A DNA stretch of 64,000 bases from Patescibacteria group bacterium (GTDB taxonomy: Bacteria; Patescibacteriota; Patescibacteriia; XYB2-FULL-38-15): positions 12,315 to 76,314 of the forward strand of contig JBAZEY010000002.1 in the NCBI GenBank assembly GCA_041653675.1, in the 5' to 3' direction. Of the stretch, positions 62,292-64,000 are shown in pieces. A model generated the notes under the pieces. The model was not told the DNA's origin. It worked only from the letters and a program-made list of their open reading frames with translations, and did no database searches. Position 1 is the stretch's first letter. The number at the start of each line of letters is the position of its first letter. The position numbers and the translations under genes are program-made.

Positions 62292-62547
62292 AACGTCGGC
62301 TGAACAATACCGCGGCCACCTGATTTCTTTCATCGTGCCGAACCCAAATCGTCATCTTCCGAGTGACGATCCTTGGATCGGCTGGATTGGAGAAGTGATC
62401 TCGGTCTACAGTTCTGTCTTTCATCTCGCACCCTGCGACTTCAACCACCCCCACAATCGATTGTGTGTGGAAACCCAGTGGTTCGATATCCGGAACGTCG
62501 ACGACGCGAGAATCGTGGGTGTTGTTAGCCCCCGAACCGCGGCGTGA
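62281..62547 (+). CDS. hypothetical protein, GC-rich cassette J (gene 2)
   Basis: GAGGAGGA upstream of the ATGATG at 62281. Overlaps the gene 1 stop by 11 nt. 88 aa. The track ORF 62134..62547 extends further upstream with no start signal. Confidence 0.45.
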   Translation: MMSETSAEQYRGHLISFIVPNPNRHLPSDDPWIGWIGEVISVYSSVFHLAPCDFNHPHNRLCVETQWFDIRNVDDARIVGVVSPRTAA

Positions 62548-62594
62548 CAGCAGAACAGGTATGGCTCCACCTTAAACGGGCCATTTTTTTATTT

Positions 62595-63872
62595 TTACCC
62601 TTCCAAAATCCACTCAAACGCTTTTTTTATTTTAATATTAAAAATCTTTCCAATCATATTCTTCTTGCCGTTGAATCTCACTCTTTTCATTTCCCGCGAA
62701 TTTCCAATGCACTTTCCATTTTTATATTCGTCTACTAAAACTGACACAACTTTCCCAACATATTTCTGATTCTTTTCTAAAACAATTTTCTCCATTAGGT
62801 TTTGTAAAATATCCCGCCGCCGCTTTTTCTCGGCGCGCGGCACATCGTCTTTCAATTTTGCCGCCACAGTCCCCTCCCGCGGCGAATATATTGCCAAATA
62901 CGCAATATCAAAATCTGCTTTTTTATAAAGTTCCACGGTATTTTCAAATTGTTTTTTTGTCTCTCCCGGAAATCCAACAATAATATCTATGCCAAGGGCA
63001 ATGCCCGGCTTTTTTTTATTTATTTTTGCGACGAGTTTTAAATAATCTTTCGCCGTATAACTGCGATTCATTTTTTCTAAAACTTTATCATCCCCGGCCT
63101 GAAGCGGCAGATGAAGATAATTTACCATTTTGGGCAAAGTTAGGGCGTCAATTACTTCATTTGTCATGTCGCGCGGATGAGGCGCGGTAAAAAATATTCG
63201 CCGAATTCCGGGAATTTGGTTTACCTCCCAGAGCAGCGCGGCAAAAGGATGTTTATATGGATTTTTCTTGGAAAAATTTTTCCCGTCAGCCGGTCGGTAA
63301 GCATTTACATTTTGTCCCAAAAGCGAAACTTCGAGACACCCATTTTCCGCTAAATTTTTTATTTCAATCATCACCTCGGCAACCGGCCGACTCACTTCCC
63401 GACCGCGCACGTACGGCACGGCGCAATATGAACAAAAATTATTACAGCCGGTCATAATTGGAACAAACGCGGAAAATTTTGTTGAATATCGCGGCGCAAT
63501 TTTAAAATAATGTTCGTGCCAACTTTGGCAATAATTTTTAAATTTTTCCAAATCAGTAATTTGCTTCAAGTCTAAAACTAAATCAAATTTATCAATAAAT
63601 TTTTTCTTATCTTGCGGCAGAACACAACCGGTCAAAATAGTTTTAAAGTCGGGATTGATGTTTTTAATTTTGTTTAATTCTCGCGCCCGGCCATATAAAC
63701 GGTCCACCGCCGCCTGACGAACCGAACAAGCGACCAATACGGCTAAATCAGCCTGTTTTTCGCTTTTAACGGGCTTATAGCCGATCTTTTCCAGTATAGT
63801 CGCCACTCGTTCCGAGTCGGATTTATTCATCTGGCAACCATAAGCAATAATGTAATATTTTTTATTGAGCAT
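62595..63872 (-). CDS. miaB: MiaB-family radical SAM methylthiotransferase
   Basis: UPF0004 N-domain (YGCQMN), rSAM motif CNNFCSYC and a C-terminal TRAM-like domain. Confidence 0.8.
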   Translation of the reverse strand: MLNKKYYIIAYGCQMNKSDSERVATILEKIGYKPVKSEKQADLAVLVACSVRQAAVDRLYGRARELNKIKNINPDFKTILTGCVLPQDKKKFIDKFDLVLDLKQITDLEKFKNYCQSWHEHYFKIAPRYSTKFSAFVPIMTGCNNFCSYCAVPYVRGREVSRPVAEVMIEIKNLAENGCLEVSLLGQNVNAYRPADGKNFSKKNPYKHPFAALLWEVNQIPGIRRIFFTAPHPRDMTNEVIDALTLPKMVNYLHLPLQAGDDKVLEKMNRSYTAKDYLKLVAKINKKKPGIALGIDIIVGFPGETKKQFENTVELYKKADFDIAYLAIYSPREGTVAAKLKDDVPRAEKKRRRDILQNLMEKIVLEKNQKYVGKVVSVLVDEYKNGKCIGNSREMKRVRFNGKKNMIGKIFNIKIKKAFEWILEG

Positions 63873-64000
63873 AAAAATATTTTAACAAAAATCCTTTCTT
63901 TTTTCAACCCTTGACCCCCACACCTATTAAAAAATAAATTGTATAAAATTGGTGGTCGTTTTTAAACAATAGGTATGGGGGTTGACAAATTTGTGATATC

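Noticed and set aside
1-64000. Alternative genetic code (UGA as a sense codon, as in some candidate phyla).
   Set aside because: All long conserved genes (gyrB, gatB, the P-type ATPase, both gpmI copies, pgk and others) are intact under the standard code with no in-frame TGA. TGA also terminates ORFs at sensible positions, for example 57632-57634 overlapping the next start codon.

Overview
The window looks like an AT-rich, gene-dense chromosome segment from a small-genome bacterium. I infer a Patescibacteria/CPR-like organism from gene content only and did not verify this. The backbone is housekeeping:
- Lower glycolysis: gap, pgk and two tandem gpmI copies.
- Translation and transcription: rpsB-tsf, rpmE-prfA-prmC, rplY, secE-nusG-rplK-rplA, gatB, miaA, miaB.
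- DNA and envelope functions: gyrB, mutM, mltG, a RodA/FtsW protein, a P-type ATPase.
- An ECF sigma factor with a FecR-like partner.
- A thymidylate operon: dCMP deaminase, dcd-like, thyA, folA and two kinases.
- A split group-3b-type [NiFe] hydrogenase cluster with hypC.

I saw no rRNA, tRNA, CRISPR array, transposase or integrase.

The unusual content is at least ten short, strongly GC-rich units embedded in intergenic gaps. Most are self-contained, with a TTGACA-17-TAnnnT promoter, an AAGGAGG-type Shine-Dalgarno (SD) sequence and a hairpin plus T-run terminator.

Main candidates:
1. A three-gene GC-rich operon at 35.8-38.3 kb is the best candidate for an undescribed system. It encodes an RNHCP zinc-ribbon protein, a radical-SAM/SPASM enzyme with a PqqD-like C-terminal extension, and a YkgJ-like Cys-cluster protein. 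A possible internally initiated 38-aa peptide lies at its 3' end.
2. A roughly 310-nt structured GC-rich transcript at 40.3-40.6 kb is driven from a perfect palindromic divergent promoter. On the other side are a small Arg-rich ORF and a 63-bp tandem repeat.
3. Three 130-131 bp elements are each closed by a conserved 20-bp long-range stem. Their interiors are variable but structurally covarying.
4. The 3' end of the dcd-like gene is present in three copies that bracket two inserted genes.

All family assignments come from reading motifs by eye. No searches or computations were run.
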